A DNA stretch of 32,000 bases from Candidatus Syntropharchaeum caldarium (GTDB lineage: Archaea; Halobacteriota; Syntropharchaeia; Syntropharchaeales; Syntropharchaeaceae): NCBI GenBank assembly GCA_001766815.1, contig LYOS01000007.1, positions 13,393-45,392 on the forward strand, written 5' to 3'. The notes beneath the pieces are model-generated. The model saw only the letters and a program-made list of their open reading frames with translations. It was not told where the DNA came from and made no database searches. The position numbers and the translations under genes are program-made. Of this stretch, positions 18,173 to 26,880 are shown in pieces (the stretch's first letter is position 1; every line of letters starts with the position of its first letter).

Positions 18173-18461
18173 CGCAGTCCCTCGCTGGCATCCATCTATC
18201 CCCTCAGATTGGTTAATCACACATTGTGAAGCTGTTTTCTGAATGCCAGTTAAATTGATATACGTCATACTATTTAAACTTTTAGTGGAAATAAAGGTTT
18301 TAACACGTTATTCACTTAGTGAAAGTTTGTGTTCATGATCTATACTACTTAAAAGTGCTGCATTACCCATTTTATTTCTTTCACAGGATGACTTAAAGAA
18401 AAGATCGTGACGCTTAAATAGTAATAGGTAGAATGAGGGGTAGATAGATGGAGGAATCATT

Positions 18462-19520
18462 ATGAGTGAAACAATGAGTCCGATAGAGCGATTTCATGCA
18501 GCGATGGAGAATAACCCGATTGATCGGGTTTCACTTGCACCTGTAACGCAAACAGGAACAACTGCGCTTATGGAGAAATGTGGCGCATACTGGCCAGAGG
18601 CACACAAAGATCCGAAGCTTATGGCACAACTAAGCTGGGCAGCTTATGAATATGGAGGGCTTGAAGGCGTTAGAATTCCATTCTATGTCTATACAGAGGC
18701 AGAGGCAACCGGTGCAAAACTCTCCAAGTGGAAGAAGAAGAACCACCCCGTTGTGGACGTTCCATCAGTACCAAATCTCGAGGCAATCGACAAGCTTGAA
18801 ATACCCGATCCAAAGAAAGATGGACGGATGCCCCAGATTCTTGAGGCAATAAAGATCCTCGTGCCAAAGTGCAAGCAGGAGAAGCTTCCGATCATCACAA
18901 GTGTCATTGCGCCCCTTACGATGACACTGAATGCAGGTGTGACAGATGCGATGCAATCCATGCTCTGGTGGGCAAAGAACCCCAATGAGATGGATAAACT
19001 GATCAAAAAGACGCTTGAGATTGGACTGGTATGGGCAGAGGCTGCATATGAAGCGGGTAGTGACACAATATTCTACAACGGTGCATTTGATGCAAGTGTC
19101 ACACCGGATGATTATGAGAAAAGGGTCATCAGGTATCATATAGAGGGAGTTAGAAAGCTGAAAGAAATGGGTGCGTATGTTGTCTATCACAGCTGCATGG
19201 ATATCTCGCCCGTGATTGATAAATTACCAAGGCTTGAGGCGCACGCGATAAGCGTTTCTCAGGAGATGGATATGGCCAAGGCACGGGAGATCGTTGGGGA
19301 GAATGTGATCCTTGCTGGAAATGTTGATCCAACATACACTCTCATCAAGAAATCCCCTGAAGAAGTTCTTGAAGAATCCAAGTACTGCATTGATGCTGGA
19401 ACCGACATACTATGCCCAGGATGTGGATACGGTCCAAACACACCACTCGAAAATATGACGGCACTTGCTCAGGCTGGAAGAGAATACGGACATAACGCAC
19501 GACTGGCAAAGAAGAACTGA
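18462..19520 (+). CDS. MtaA/MtbA-family methylcobamide:CoM methyltransferase (uroporphyrinogen decarboxylase fold)
   Basis: N-terminal IERFHAAMENNPIDRV, GAYWPEAH, a Zn-ligand pattern H-x-C (YHSCMD) plus a distal Cys (CPGCGYG), and 352 aa. A GGAGGA motif lies 6 nt upstream of the ATG. Confidence 0.8.
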   Translation: MSETMSPIERFHAAMENNPIDRVSLAPVTQTGTTALMEKCGAYWPEAHKDPKLMAQLSWAAYEYGGLEGVRIPFYVYTEAEATGAKLSKWKKKNHPVVDVPSVPNLEAIDKLEIPDPKKDGRMPQILEAIKILVPKCKQEKLPIITSVIAPLTMTLNAGVTDAMQSMLWWAKNPNEMDKLIKKTLEIGLVWAEAAYEAGSDTIFYNGAFDASVTPDDYEKRVIRYHIEGVRKLKEMGAYVVYHSCMDISPVIDKLPRLEAHAISVSQEMDMAKAREIVGENVILAGNVDPTYTLIKKSPEEVLEESKYCIDAGTDILCPGCGYGPNTPLENMTALAQAGREYGHNARLAKKN

Positions 19521-19598
19521 GCTTGTACCTTCTGTTTACCTGTGCAGGAATTAAGAAGATGGCTTGCGCAGGTCTTTTATTTATTTTATTATTCAATA

Positions 19599-20282
19599 AT
19601 GATCAGCACACACGAAATCGGACGGAAGACACATATAGTGGACTGTAGAGAGACACCTGGCTTTGGCATCGGTGGTGGGCTTGCACAGAAGGGGACGCTC
19701 TCTGAGGCAGAGAACCCTGAGATTGTTGTGGTTGCCATGAGCCCAATTGCACGACATGTAACAAAGCCAGTCTGTGAGATCACTTATGGAATCAGAGAAG
19801 CTGGGATACAGACAAGCGTACTCGTTCTTGAAGCGGGCATGGGGCTTCCAAGGGATGCACCTGGTGGTGCAAGTATGGGAATCTGTGGGATTACACCAAA
19901 GGAAGTTGCACAGATCAATCGACATAAGCTTGTTCTGCTGCATCTTGGAAATATACCATCCCATTTTATCTACAAGACAAGAACGTTCCTCAAGAACGTA
20001 ACGATTCCTGCAATCGTAATCTGTCAGGCACCTGTAGAATTCAAACAGTTTGCTGATATCAAGATCCGTGTTCGGGACTTCCCGCAGGACGATGCCGTAA
20101 CAAAGGGTGAACTCGTGGATGTTGTAACAGGTGTGATCAGGGGTGAGACCGTCCCTGCTGTCAAGCTTGAGGAGATTATACGTAAGGTTAAATACTGGTA
20201 CTCTGTTTACTACCCAGCAGATTACGCCACCAGGAGATGGGATGCTGTTGGCAGGGCATGTCGCAGAGTAGAGGTATGTTGA
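19599..20282 (+). CDS. mcrC: McrC homolog (methyl-coenzyme M reductase operon protein C / activation-complex component), outside an mcr operon here
   Basis: HIVDCRETPGFGIGGGLAQKGT, VVVAMSPIARHVTKPVCEITYGIREAGIQTSVLVLEAG and RHKLVLLHLGN closely follow the McrC sequences I remember. The ATG at 19599 is preferred over the track start at 19542. Confidence 0.85.
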   Translation: MISTHEIGRKTHIVDCRETPGFGIGGGLAQKGTLSEAENPEIVVVAMSPIARHVTKPVCEITYGIREAGIQTSVLVLEAGMGLPRDAPGGASMGICGITPKEVAQINRHKLVLLHLGNIPSHFIYKTRTFLKNVTIPAIVICQAPVEFKQFADIKIRVRDFPQDDAVTKGELVDVVTGVIRGETVPAVKLEEIIRKVKYWYSVYYPADYATRRWDAVGRACRRVEVC

Positions 20283-20285
20283 TCC

Positions 20286-21650
20286 ATGAACTGTCTTGAA
20301 GAAATTGAGAGGACCTTTGAGCGTATAGAAGAAAGCGATCTGAACACCTTTATAACGCTCAATAAAGAAAGGGCGATCGAGCAAGCCGAGATGATAGATC
20401 GTGAAGGGGATGGAGAAGGCAGACTCAGAGGCGTGCCTGTTGCAATCAAGGACGCAATTACCACAAAAGGGATCGTAACAACCTGTGCATCCCATATCCT
20501 TGAAGATTATATCCCACCCTACAATGCTCATGTGATCGAATGCCTGCTTTCAGAGGGTGCCATCATCGTTGGAAAGACCAATATGGATGAGTTCTCGATG
20601 GGGACAAGCACCGAGACAAGCTACTTTGGACCCACGCTCAACCCACACGATAGAACGAGAGTCCCAGGAGGATCGTCGGGTGGGAGTGCAGCGGCGGTTG
20701 CAGCAGGAGAGGTGCCGCTTGCGCTTGGATCAGATACAGGGGGTTCGATCAGATGTCCTGCATCCTTCTGTGGTGTGGTCGGGCTTAAAACCACCTATGG
20801 GCTTGTATCAAGGTATGGCCTCATCGCTTATGCAAACTCACTCGAGCAGATAGGTCCAATCGCAAGGACTGTTCCTGGTGTTGCACGTCTTCTCGATGTA
20901 ATATCAAAGCCAGATGCGCGAGACAGTACACAACTTGGATCTGAAGGGGGTTATCTTGATAATCTGACGCCAACGATCGAGGGTTTGAGAATTGGCGTTC
21001 CAGCAGAGTTTTTTGGCGAAGGAGTGGATCCTGCGGTTTCTAAAGCGGTGTGGGATATGATACACACAGCAGAGGCAGAGGGTGCAACATACACTGAGAT
21101 CTCGATGCCGTCGGTTGAGTACTCGCTTGCTGCATACTATATAATCGCGATGAGTGAAGCATCCTCAAACCTTGCACGCTTCGATGGTATGCGTTACGGG
21201 CTTAGACTTGAAGATACAGGCAACTGGCACGATACGTTCTCCATGATCAGAGCCGAGGGCTTTGGCGAGGAGGTTAAACGGAGAATTCTGCTCGGAACTT
21301 ATGCACTCTCTGCTGGATACTATGGAAAATACTATCTCAAGGCGCTCAAGGTGAGAAGGATGATAAAAGAGGAGTTTGATCGTGCATTGAAGGATTTTGA
21401 CCTTTTATTTGCGCCAACGATGCCATTTACCGCCTTCAAGCTGGGTGAAAAGGTAAATGATCCGCTCTCATTATATCTCGCAGATATCAATACTGTTGCA
21501 GTTAATCTCGCAGGACTTCCATCGATCTCAATCCCAGCAGGATATTCTGAAGGGCTTCCGATCGGATTGCAGATAATCGGGCGATATTTTGAAGAGCAGA
21601 GAATTATGAATGCAGCCTATGCCCTCCTTGGGGATGTAGAGGATGAGTGA
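20286..21650 (+). CDS. gatA: Amidase-signature enzyme, GatA-like (Asp/Glu-tRNA amidotransferase subunit A)
   Basis: GVPVAIKDAITTKGIVTTCAS, GKTNMDEFSMGTSTE and the amidase signature GGSSGGSAAAVAAGEVPLALGSDTGGSIRCPASFCGVVGLKTTYGLVSRYG. No gatB or gatC lies in the window. Confidence 0.8.
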   Translation: MNCLEEIERTFERIEESDLNTFITLNKERAIEQAEMIDREGDGEGRLRGVPVAIKDAITTKGIVTTCASHILEDYIPPYNAHVIECLLSEGAIIVGKTNMDEFSMGTSTETSYFGPTLNPHDRTRVPGGSSGGSAAAVAAGEVPLALGSDTGGSIRCPASFCGVVGLKTTYGLVSRYGLIAYANSLEQIGPIARTVPGVARLLDVISKPDARDSTQLGSEGGYLDNLTPTIEGLRIGVPAEFFGEGVDPAVSKAVWDMIHTAEAEGATYTEISMPSVEYSLAAYYIIAMSEASSNLARFDGMRYGLRLEDTGNWHDTFSMIRAEGFGEEVKRRILLGTYALSAGYYGKYYLKALKVRRMIKEEFDRALKDFDLLFAPTMPFTAFKLGEKVNDPLSLYLADINTVAVNLAGLPSISIPAGYSEGLPIGLQIIGRYFEEQRIMNAAYALLGDVEDE

Positions 21651-22698
21651 CAGGCTTTACGAGAGGATCTATGACGGCAGACTTGAGCGAGATGATATAG
21701 AAAGGCTTCTTTCACTTTCTGAGGGTGAACTCTTCAGGATAGCAGATGATCTGAGGCGTTCAAGTGTAGGAGATGTTGTGACGTACGTTGTGAACCGTAA
21801 CATCAACTTCACAAACAGATGTATCGGAAACTGCAAGTTCTGTGCCTTCAGGGAAGATAATGGATACATTCTCTCGCAGAAAGAGATACTATTGAAGGTT
21901 GAAAGAGCAGAAAAACTTGGCATAACCGAGATTTGTCTCCAGGGAGGACTTATCAAGGGGTGGGGAGTTGATCAATATGTGGGTATCCTTGATGCGATAA
22001 AATCAGAATATCCCGAGGTGCACCTCCATGCTTTCTCGCCGATGGAGGTGTTACATGCCGCAAAAAACTCAAAGCTCCCGGTTGAAGAGGTTTTATCCAG
22101 ATTAAAATCGGCAGGTCTTGGTTCAATGCCAGGAACCGCGGCAGAGATTCTTTCGGATCGTGTGCGAGCGATCATCTGCCCCGGCAAACTCACATCTTCC
22201 GAGTGGATTGAGGTTGTGATGACCGCACACCGCCTTGGAATTCCAACAACTGCAACGATGATGTTTGGTCATGTTGAGACAGAGCGGGAGCGATTGGAAC
22301 ATATTTTCACGATTAAAGAGATACAGGATGAGACTGGTGGGTTTACCGAGTTTGTGCCACTTCCTTTTGTTGGGGGAAATACCGAGCTTGAATCATACAA
22401 AAACCAGCTTACCACGATCGATCAAATTAAAGTCCATGCACTTGCCAGGATCATCCTGCATAGATCGGTGAGGAATATTCAGGCGTCATGGGTCAAGCTT
22501 GGACCTGGGACAGCCTGCATGCTTCTACTGCATGGTGTGAATGACCTTGGTGGTACATTGATCGAGGAGAACATATCCCGATCTGCAGGCTCATCTTTTG
22601 GGGAGTATATGCCACCAGATGTATTTGATGCACTTATCCGATCTGCCGGGCGAATCCCAAAACAGAGAACAACACTATATGAGATATTGAGCGCTTGA
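21643..22698 (+). CDS. cofH: FO synthase subunit 2 (CofH, radical SAM; F420 chromophore biosynthesis)
   Basis: TYVVNRNINFTNRCIGNCKFCAF (CxxxCxxC), HAFSPMEV, MPGTAAEIL, GIPTTATMMFGH, GGFTEFVPLPF, NIQASWVKLG, GGTLIEENISRSAG, PKQRTTLY. These strings match CofH rather than MqnC/MqnE. The start overlaps the gatA stop (ATGAGTGA). Confidence 0.85.
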   Translation: MSDRLYERIYDGRLERDDIERLLSLSEGELFRIADDLRRSSVGDVVTYVVNRNINFTNRCIGNCKFCAFREDNGYILSQKEILLKVERAEKLGITEICLQGGLIKGWGVDQYVGILDAIKSEYPEVHLHAFSPMEVLHAAKNSKLPVEEVLSRLKSAGLGSMPGTAAEILSDRVRAIICPGKLTSSEWIEVVMTAHRLGIPTTATMMFGHVETERERLEHIFTIKEIQDETGGFTEFVPLPFVGGNTELESYKNQLTTIDQIKVHALARIILHRSVRNIQASWVKLGPGTACMLLLHGVNDLGGTLIEENISRSAGSSFGEYMPPDVFDALIRSAGRIPKQRTTLYEILSA

Positions 22699-22699
22699 G

Positions 22700-23608
22700 A
22701 TGAATTTTAAAGCCTGGATCAGGATCTCAAAGCCATTCAAGCATCAGACGATGATATATCCATTCCTCGTTGGAACTGCGATTGCATACCACGTGCTTGG
22801 CACGATCGACCCTCTGATCTTTGTGGTCTCCTTTTTCGCTGTTATCGTCATGGTTGAGGCTGCATACATCTCAAACGACTATTTTGACTATGATACCGAT
22901 CTTGGGAATCCATCAAAGTTTACAGGTGGGAGCAAGGTACTCGTCGAGGGCGAACTCCAGAAAGAGGTTGTTTTGAAGGTTACAGCAGGTTTAATTGCTT
23001 TTGCCTTCATACTGGGGCTCATCATACAGTTTGGCCTGAAGACTGGTCCTTTTTCAATTCCAATCGGTGCGTTCGGGATGTTTCTTGCATACTCATACTC
23101 AGGAAAACCTCTCAGACTCTCATATCATGGTCTTGGCGAGATTACGCTTGCGTTCAACAATGCATGGACGCCGATCTTTGCAGGCTATTACCTCCAGGTT
23201 CACAGACCGGATTTACTTCCAAGCATCGTTGCAATTCCCTACATACTCGGTGTATTCTCCCAGAAACTTCTTCGAGAGATCCCTGATCTTGAATATGACA
23301 TGAAAGCGGGAAGGAGAAATCTTGCGGTGATACTTGGAAAAGAGCATGCGGGAAGACTATATCTCGCATCATTAATTCTCACAATCATATCATTACTCCT
23401 TATGATCCTCTATCTACAGAATCTTTATCCCTTTACGCTTCTTCTGATAATACCTGCGAGCATGCTTCTTCCTAATCTCTGGTATGGGATCAGGAGAGGA
23501 TGGAAAGGGTTAAAAGATCTTGAGCGTATGAATGATCTTGGATTTAAAGCGATGTTTGCGATACCTCTCGTCTTCACGCTGACATTTATTCTTGCAGGAG
23601 TGATTTGA
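22700..23608 (+). CDS. UbiA-family aromatic prenyltransferase (MenA/MqnP-like)
   Basis: Polytopic membrane protein with the first Asp-rich motif NDYFDYDTD and a second motif region EIPDLEYDMKAGRRNLAV. It starts 2 nt after the cofH stop. Confidence 0.75.
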   Translation: MNFKAWIRISKPFKHQTMIYPFLVGTAIAYHVLGTIDPLIFVVSFFAVIVMVEAAYISNDYFDYDTDLGNPSKFTGGSKVLVEGELQKEVVLKVTAGLIAFAFILGLIIQFGLKTGPFSIPIGAFGMFLAYSYSGKPLRLSYHGLGEITLAFNNAWTPIFAGYYLQVHRPDLLPSIVAIPYILGVFSQKLLREIPDLEYDMKAGRRNLAVILGKEHAGRLYLASLILTIISLLLMILYLQNLYPFTLLLIIPASMLLPNLWYGIRRGWKGLKDLERMNDLGFKAMFAIPLVFTLTFILAGVI

Positions 23609-24645
23609 TGATCGAAAGGCTATTTGATAACGATACAGTCGGAACGGGGTGCTTCAGTTACCTTCCAGCAGAGTTTGTGTGGGCGGTTACAAAACGTTGC
23701 AACTTAAGCTGCTTACACTGCTCGATCGAGGAGTCTGATGAAGGAGAGCTCACAACAGAGGAGGGAAAGCTTCTGATCGAGGATGCAGCAGCACTTGGGG
23801 ATGTCAAATTTGCGTTAACAGGGGGCGAGCCTCTACTGCGTAAAGACATTTACGAGCTCATAAGCTATGCCTCAGGTTTTGATATGCAGATCGTGATGGC
23901 GACAAATGCAACGCTTATAACCCGAGAAGTTGCAGAAAAACTTGTCGATGCAGGGCTTGAGCGTTTTGGGGTGAGCATCGATGGTGTCGGCGATGCACAT
24001 GATAAAATCAGGGGGGTTAAGGGTGCGTTTGAGCGCACAATGAAGGGGCTTGAGGCTGCAAAGGATGCAGGCCTGAGCTTTCAGTTTCACTCGATGGTCA
24101 CAGCATACAACCTTGATGAGATCCCGAAGATAATCGATCTTGCAGAAGAGCTTGGTGCATACAGGATCTACTTTGTTTACTTAATCCCGATGGGAAAGGC
24201 CCGTGAGATCCCGGAGGCGTGTATCGGGGTTGAAGAGAACAAAAAGTTTTTTGAGTACATCTATGAGCGCCAACATTCATCCAGCGTCTGGCTCAAACCG
24301 ATCTGTAACCCGCAGTACTGGCTGTACTTGAAGTCTAAGGAGAATGACTCATTTAAGATGACAGGATGTACCGCAGGGATTACGAGATTTCACATCTTCC
24401 CGAACGGTGATGTTGCACCCTGTGCTTATCTGCCTGTTAAGGCGGGGAGTTTGAAGGAGAAGAGATTTGGTGAGATTTTAGAGACGAGTGAGGTTTTCAG
24501 GAAGCTTCGCAATCGGGAGCTAAATGGTAATTGTGGTGTGTGTATCCATCGAGGGGAGTGCGGGGGGTGCAGATCAAGGGCTTATGGTTTTTCAGGGGAT
24601 TATTTAGGGGAGGATCCGGTGTGTGGGTGGTGGGAGGAGGGGTGA
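23608..24645 (+). CDS. Radical SAM protein with C-terminal SPASM domain (AhbD/NirJ-like architecture; specific function unassigned)
   Basis: CNLSCLHC radical SAM cluster motif, and C-terminal Cys-rich CTAG...CAY...GNCGVCIHRGECGGCRSRAY...DPVCGW (SPASM). The ATG overlaps the ubiA stop (TGATG). Confidence 0.8.
   Translation: MIERLFDNDTVGTGCFSYLPAEFVWAVTKRCNLSCLHCSIEESDEGELTTEEGKLLIEDAAALGDVKFALTGGEPLLRKDIYELISYASGFDMQIVMATNATLITREVAEKLVDAGLERFGVSIDGVGDAHDKIRGVKGAFERTMKGLEAAKDAGLSFQFHSMVTAYNLDEIPKIIDLAEELGAYRIYFVYLIPMGKAREIPEACIGVEENKKFFEYIYERQHSSSVWLKPICNPQYWLYLKSKENDSFKMTGCTAGITRFHIFPNGDVAPCAYLPVKAGSLKEKRFGEILETSEVFRKLRNRELNGNCGVCIHRGECGGCRSRAYGFSGDYLGEDPVCGWWEEG
24520..24645 (+). repeat. 3' end of the radical SAM/SPASM gene: copy 1 of a triplicated att-like segment
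   Basis: Aligns without indels to 26196-26321 (18 mismatches in 126 nt by my count), with the same frame and the stop at the same position. The core TGCAGATCAAGGGCTTAT lies at 24568-24585. Confidence 0.8.
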
Positions 24646-24646
24646 A

Positions 24647-24651
24647 TTTTT
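24647..24651 (+). terminator. Oligo-T tract right after the radical SAM gene stop
   Basis: TGA at 24643-24645 is followed by a then ttttt, after which an AT-rich spacer begins. Confidence 0.3.
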
Positions 24652-24758
24652 ATAAGCAGTCTACTATAGTAAAGTCAAAAAGTATATATTCAAAAATATA
24701 ATAGATACACAATGTCAAAGAAGGGTCCCAGGACGCTTAAAGGGGTGATAAGTCGAAT

Positions 24759-25214
24759 ATGAAAACCACTGCAACTCTTATAATAATAGCAATCATGACA
24801 GTTACAATCTTTACAGGATGTATTACAGTCGTTACACCCCCATTACCTCAAGCATCACCAAGTGAGGTTGTTGAAACTTTCGCTTCCTGGTATGGGGACG
24901 AATATCTCGAAGGGTGTTATAGTTTGATGTCGACAGAATACAGGAATTCAACAGATTTGAAGACTTTTAAAGAAAGAATAAATCAGTGCGAAAAAGGAGG
25001 GTTTCATCACAAGTTTGTCAGAGTAAAAAGTGAGAAAATAAATGGAGACTTTGCATCAGTAAGGATTGTGTATAGGAGAAAAGGACCTTTCTTTGATCTT
25101 TTTTGCATCATTGAAGACTTGATTGAGGATCCAAAAACTAAAACCGTGAATTTGGTTAAAGAAGAGGATGGATGGAAACTCACGGAACTGCACTGCGAAC
25201 TTAGAGGTAAATGA
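24759..25214 (+). CDS. Putative secreted lipoprotein, small NTF2-like/DUF4878-like
   Basis: Signal peptide with a lipobox-like FTGC (MKTTATLIIIAIMTVTIFTGCITVV), followed by a ~125-aa soluble domain. Confidence 0.5.
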   Translation: MKTTATLIIIAIMTVTIFTGCITVVTPPLPQASPSEVVETFASWYGDEYLEGCYSLMSTEYRNSTDLKTFKERINQCEKGGFHHKFVRVKSEKINGDFASVRIVYRRKGPFFDLFCIIEDLIEDPKTKTVNLVKEEDGWKLTELHCELRGK

Positions 25215-25374
25215 GAGATACAATGGTTAAAGTGGTGATTTAGCTTACAACTTAGTTTCTCCACGAAATTCGCCTTCTAATACTCCAAAACCTCACTAAT
25301 CCAAAAGATCCAACACCCACCAATCCCCAAAAAAGAATAACCACAATCCCTCTTCACGGCTTCCAGACCTTGAG

Positions 25375-25845
25375 CTATTCTACTCTTTCAAAATCGGCGT
25401 CGTTTGTTGCGATGTTTGTGATTCCATAGGCTTTACAACAAGCAGCATGTAAAGCATCCCGTGGAAACAGGTGGCATTCCCTTGAGAGATCCAGTGCAAT
25501 CTTTGAAATCGAATAATCTATGCTCACAACCTTCAGATTGCCTAAGGAAGTAAGATAATCCAGATACTCGTAAAATTTTGTTACTGGCTCGAGGCATTTA
25601 TCTAAAATTTTTGATATAGCCTGCTTAACAGCCATGGTTTCCTTAATTCCTGTTAGTTCTTTCCCTTTTTGAATCATCAGAACATAAGAAACCTCGTCAA
25701 TTATGAGCGGGGAGACGAAACCCTCCCTTTTCCCATCCTCTACTTCTTCCAAAAATCTCATGCAATTATCGCCATATTTAGGATGGTTCGTCAGAACGTA
25801 TGCAAATACGTTAGCATCTATGAATATCGAATTCATACTCCTCAT
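25375..25845 (-). CDS. vapC: PIN-domain toxin (VapC family)
   Basis: IFIDANVF (first acidic residue), IIDEVSY, DALHAA and ATNDADFERV make up the typical PIN acidic quartet layout. An antitoxin-like gene overlaps directly upstream. Confidence 0.85.
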   Translation of the reverse strand: MRSMNSIFIDANVFAYVLTNHPKYGDNCMRFLEEVEDGKREGFVSPLIIDEVSYVLMIQKGKELTGIKETMAVKQAISKILDKCLEPVTKFYEYLDYLTSLGNLKVVSIDYSISKIALDLSRECHLFPRDALHAACCKAYGITNIATNDADFERVE

Positions 25846-25999
25846 GAACCTCCTCCAACCCCTCCCAGCACTTCACGATCCCAAGCATTCTTCTTGTCAT
25901 ACCACTTCGTACCTCAATCTCAACCACCTCTCCCTCCTTCAAATCCAGCTTCTCAAGCGGCTTCAATACGTTGTTCTCATACACGGCTTTTATGATCAT
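25811..25999 (-). CDS. AF2212-like (PF01954-type) antitoxin, VapB-equivalent
   Basis: MIIKAVYENNVLKPLEKLDLKEGEVVEIEV is the hallmark of the AF2212/DUF104 antitoxin family. ATG at 25999 is preferred over TTG at 26011. The gene overlaps the vapC start. Confidence 0.75.
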   Translation of the reverse strand: MIIKAVYENNVLKPLEKLDLKEGEVVEIEVRSGMTRRMLGIVKCWEGLEEVHEEYEFDIHRC

Positions 26000-26005
26000 G
26001 GAGGA

Positions 26006-26024
26006 CACCAATCGTTAATTGGTG
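26006..26024. promoter_or_regulatory. Perfect inverted repeat CACCAAT-n5-ATTGGTG between an A/T box and the antitoxin start (candidate TA autoregulation operator)
   Basis: Arms at 26006-26012 and 26018-24 are exact reverse complements. The A/T-rich tract gattaaaaaaata at 26031-26043 lies upstream in the minus-strand sense. Confidence 0.35.
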
Positions 26025-26179
26025 GTTGGTGATTAAAAAAATACCTTTGATGAAGCTGGTAAACCCACTCCAAAATGGACTGGAGTGTAAGCGAAAGCTC
26101 ATCTATTTTTTCACCAACCACCATAAATACACCCCCAGCCTCGTAAGTTAAAGAGATAATTAAGCTGTTCTGGGATGGA

Positions 26180-26321
26180 TGGTAAGAGGAGGAACCTAAA
26201 CGGCAACTGTGGCGCGTGTATCCATCGAGAGGAGTGCGGAGGATGCAGGTCAAGGGCTTATGGGTTTTCAGGGGATTATCTGGGGGAGGATCCGGTGTGT
26301 GGGTGGTTTGAGGTTGAATGA
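26180..26321 (+). pseudogene. Orphan 3' end fragment of a radical SAM/SPASM gene (copy 2 of the att-like segment)
   Basis: Translates in frame as ..RRNLNGNCGACIHREECGGCRSRAYGFSGDYLGEDPVCGWFEVE*, against RNRELNGNCGVCIHRGECGGCRSRAYGFSGDYLGEDPVCGWWEEG* in the intact gene. No upstream body of the gene is present. Confidence 0.8.
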
Positions 26322-26340
26322 CCGATCCATCAGGACTTAG

Positions 26341-26349
26341 CTTTATATC
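26341..26349 (+). promoter_or_regulatory. TATA-like box (ctttatatc) ~28 nt upstream of the DUF488-1 ATG; implies a leaderless or very short-leader transcript
   Basis: The sequence and its spacing to the ATG at 26374. No SD-like motif lies in between. Confidence 0.4.
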
Positions 26350-26373
26350 AGAAGAGCGCAAACAACATTTAAG

Positions 26374-26880
26374 ATGAAAAACGGCTCACCACCCCAGCTC
26401 ACTATCTACACAATCGGACACAGCAACATCGAACTTGAGGATTTTTTGAGCTTGCTGGAGGGTATTGAGGTGGTTGTGGATGTAAGGAGCGTTCCATTCA
26501 GTAAATACGCTCCTCAGTTCAATCTAAAAAATGTAAAAAGTGCACTCGAATCGATCGGTATTGAGTACAAATATCTTGGAAATGTCCTTGGAGGAAGACC
26601 AAAGGATGAGGACTGTTATGAGAATGGAAAAGTAGTTTACGAAAATATAATGAGAAAAGAGTGGTATAGAAAAGGTATCTCGGCATTGATTGAGCTTGCA
26701 GCGAAGAAGAAAGTGGCGATCATGTGTAGCGAAGAGGATCCTTACCGGTGTCACAGGCATCATCTGATCTCACAGAGCTTACTTAAAGAGGGAATGGAAA
26801 TCTTTCATATAAGGGGTGATGGAAGAAAGGAGAATGTGGAGAAGCCGAAAAAGCGGACAGTTCAACTTACGCTGGTATGA
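26374..26880 (+). CDS. DUF488 family protein (paralog 1)
   Basis: LTIYTIGHSN, VVVDVRSVPFSKYAPQF, YKYLGNVLGG and the C-terminal MCSEEDPYRCHRHHL (the C-x-E...CHR hallmark of DUF488). Confidence 0.85.
   Translation: MKNGSPPQLTIYTIGHSNIELEDFLSLLEGIEVVVDVRSVPFSKYAPQFNLKNVKSALESIGIEYKYLGNVLGGRPKDEDCYENGKVVYENIMRKEWYRKGISALIELAAKKKVAIMCSEEDPYRCHRHHLISQSLLKEGMEIFHIRGDGRKENVEKPKKRTVQLTLV

Larger units (their letters stand above)
24646..26179. mobile_element. Islet A: AT-rich inserted segment (lipoprotein + VapBC) between copy 1 and copy 2 of the radical SAM 3' end; no integrase
   Basis: Bounded by direct copies of the gene's 3' end. Spot GC counts of 60-nt lines at 24901 and 25501 are 35% each, against 43-58% in sampled lines of flanking core genes (9001, 20701, 30601). 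Confidence 0.4.

Noticed and set aside
19593-20531. 312-aa ORF on the minus strand
   Set aside because: It is entirely antisense to the well-conserved McrC and GatA coding sequences. It has no recognisable motif and a Cys/His/Tyr-rich, low-plausibility composition, so it is a shadow ORF.
21643-22698. Possible MqnC/MqnE (futalosine radical SAM) assignment, tempting because MqnD and a UbiA gene are in the window
   Set aside because: The diagnostic strings (TYVVNRNINFTN, GGFTEFVPLPF, NIQASWVKLG, TLIEENISRSAG, PKQRTTLY) fit CofH as I remember it rather than MqnC/MqnE. A profile search (TIGR CofH against MqnC/MqnE models) would settle it.
25996-26361. 121-aa minus-strand ORF
   Set aside because: It runs antisense through the orphan radical SAM 3' fragment (copy 2) and the vapB promoter region. 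It has a Pro/Ser/Thr-rich, low-complexity translation, and the plus-strand homology explains the region better.
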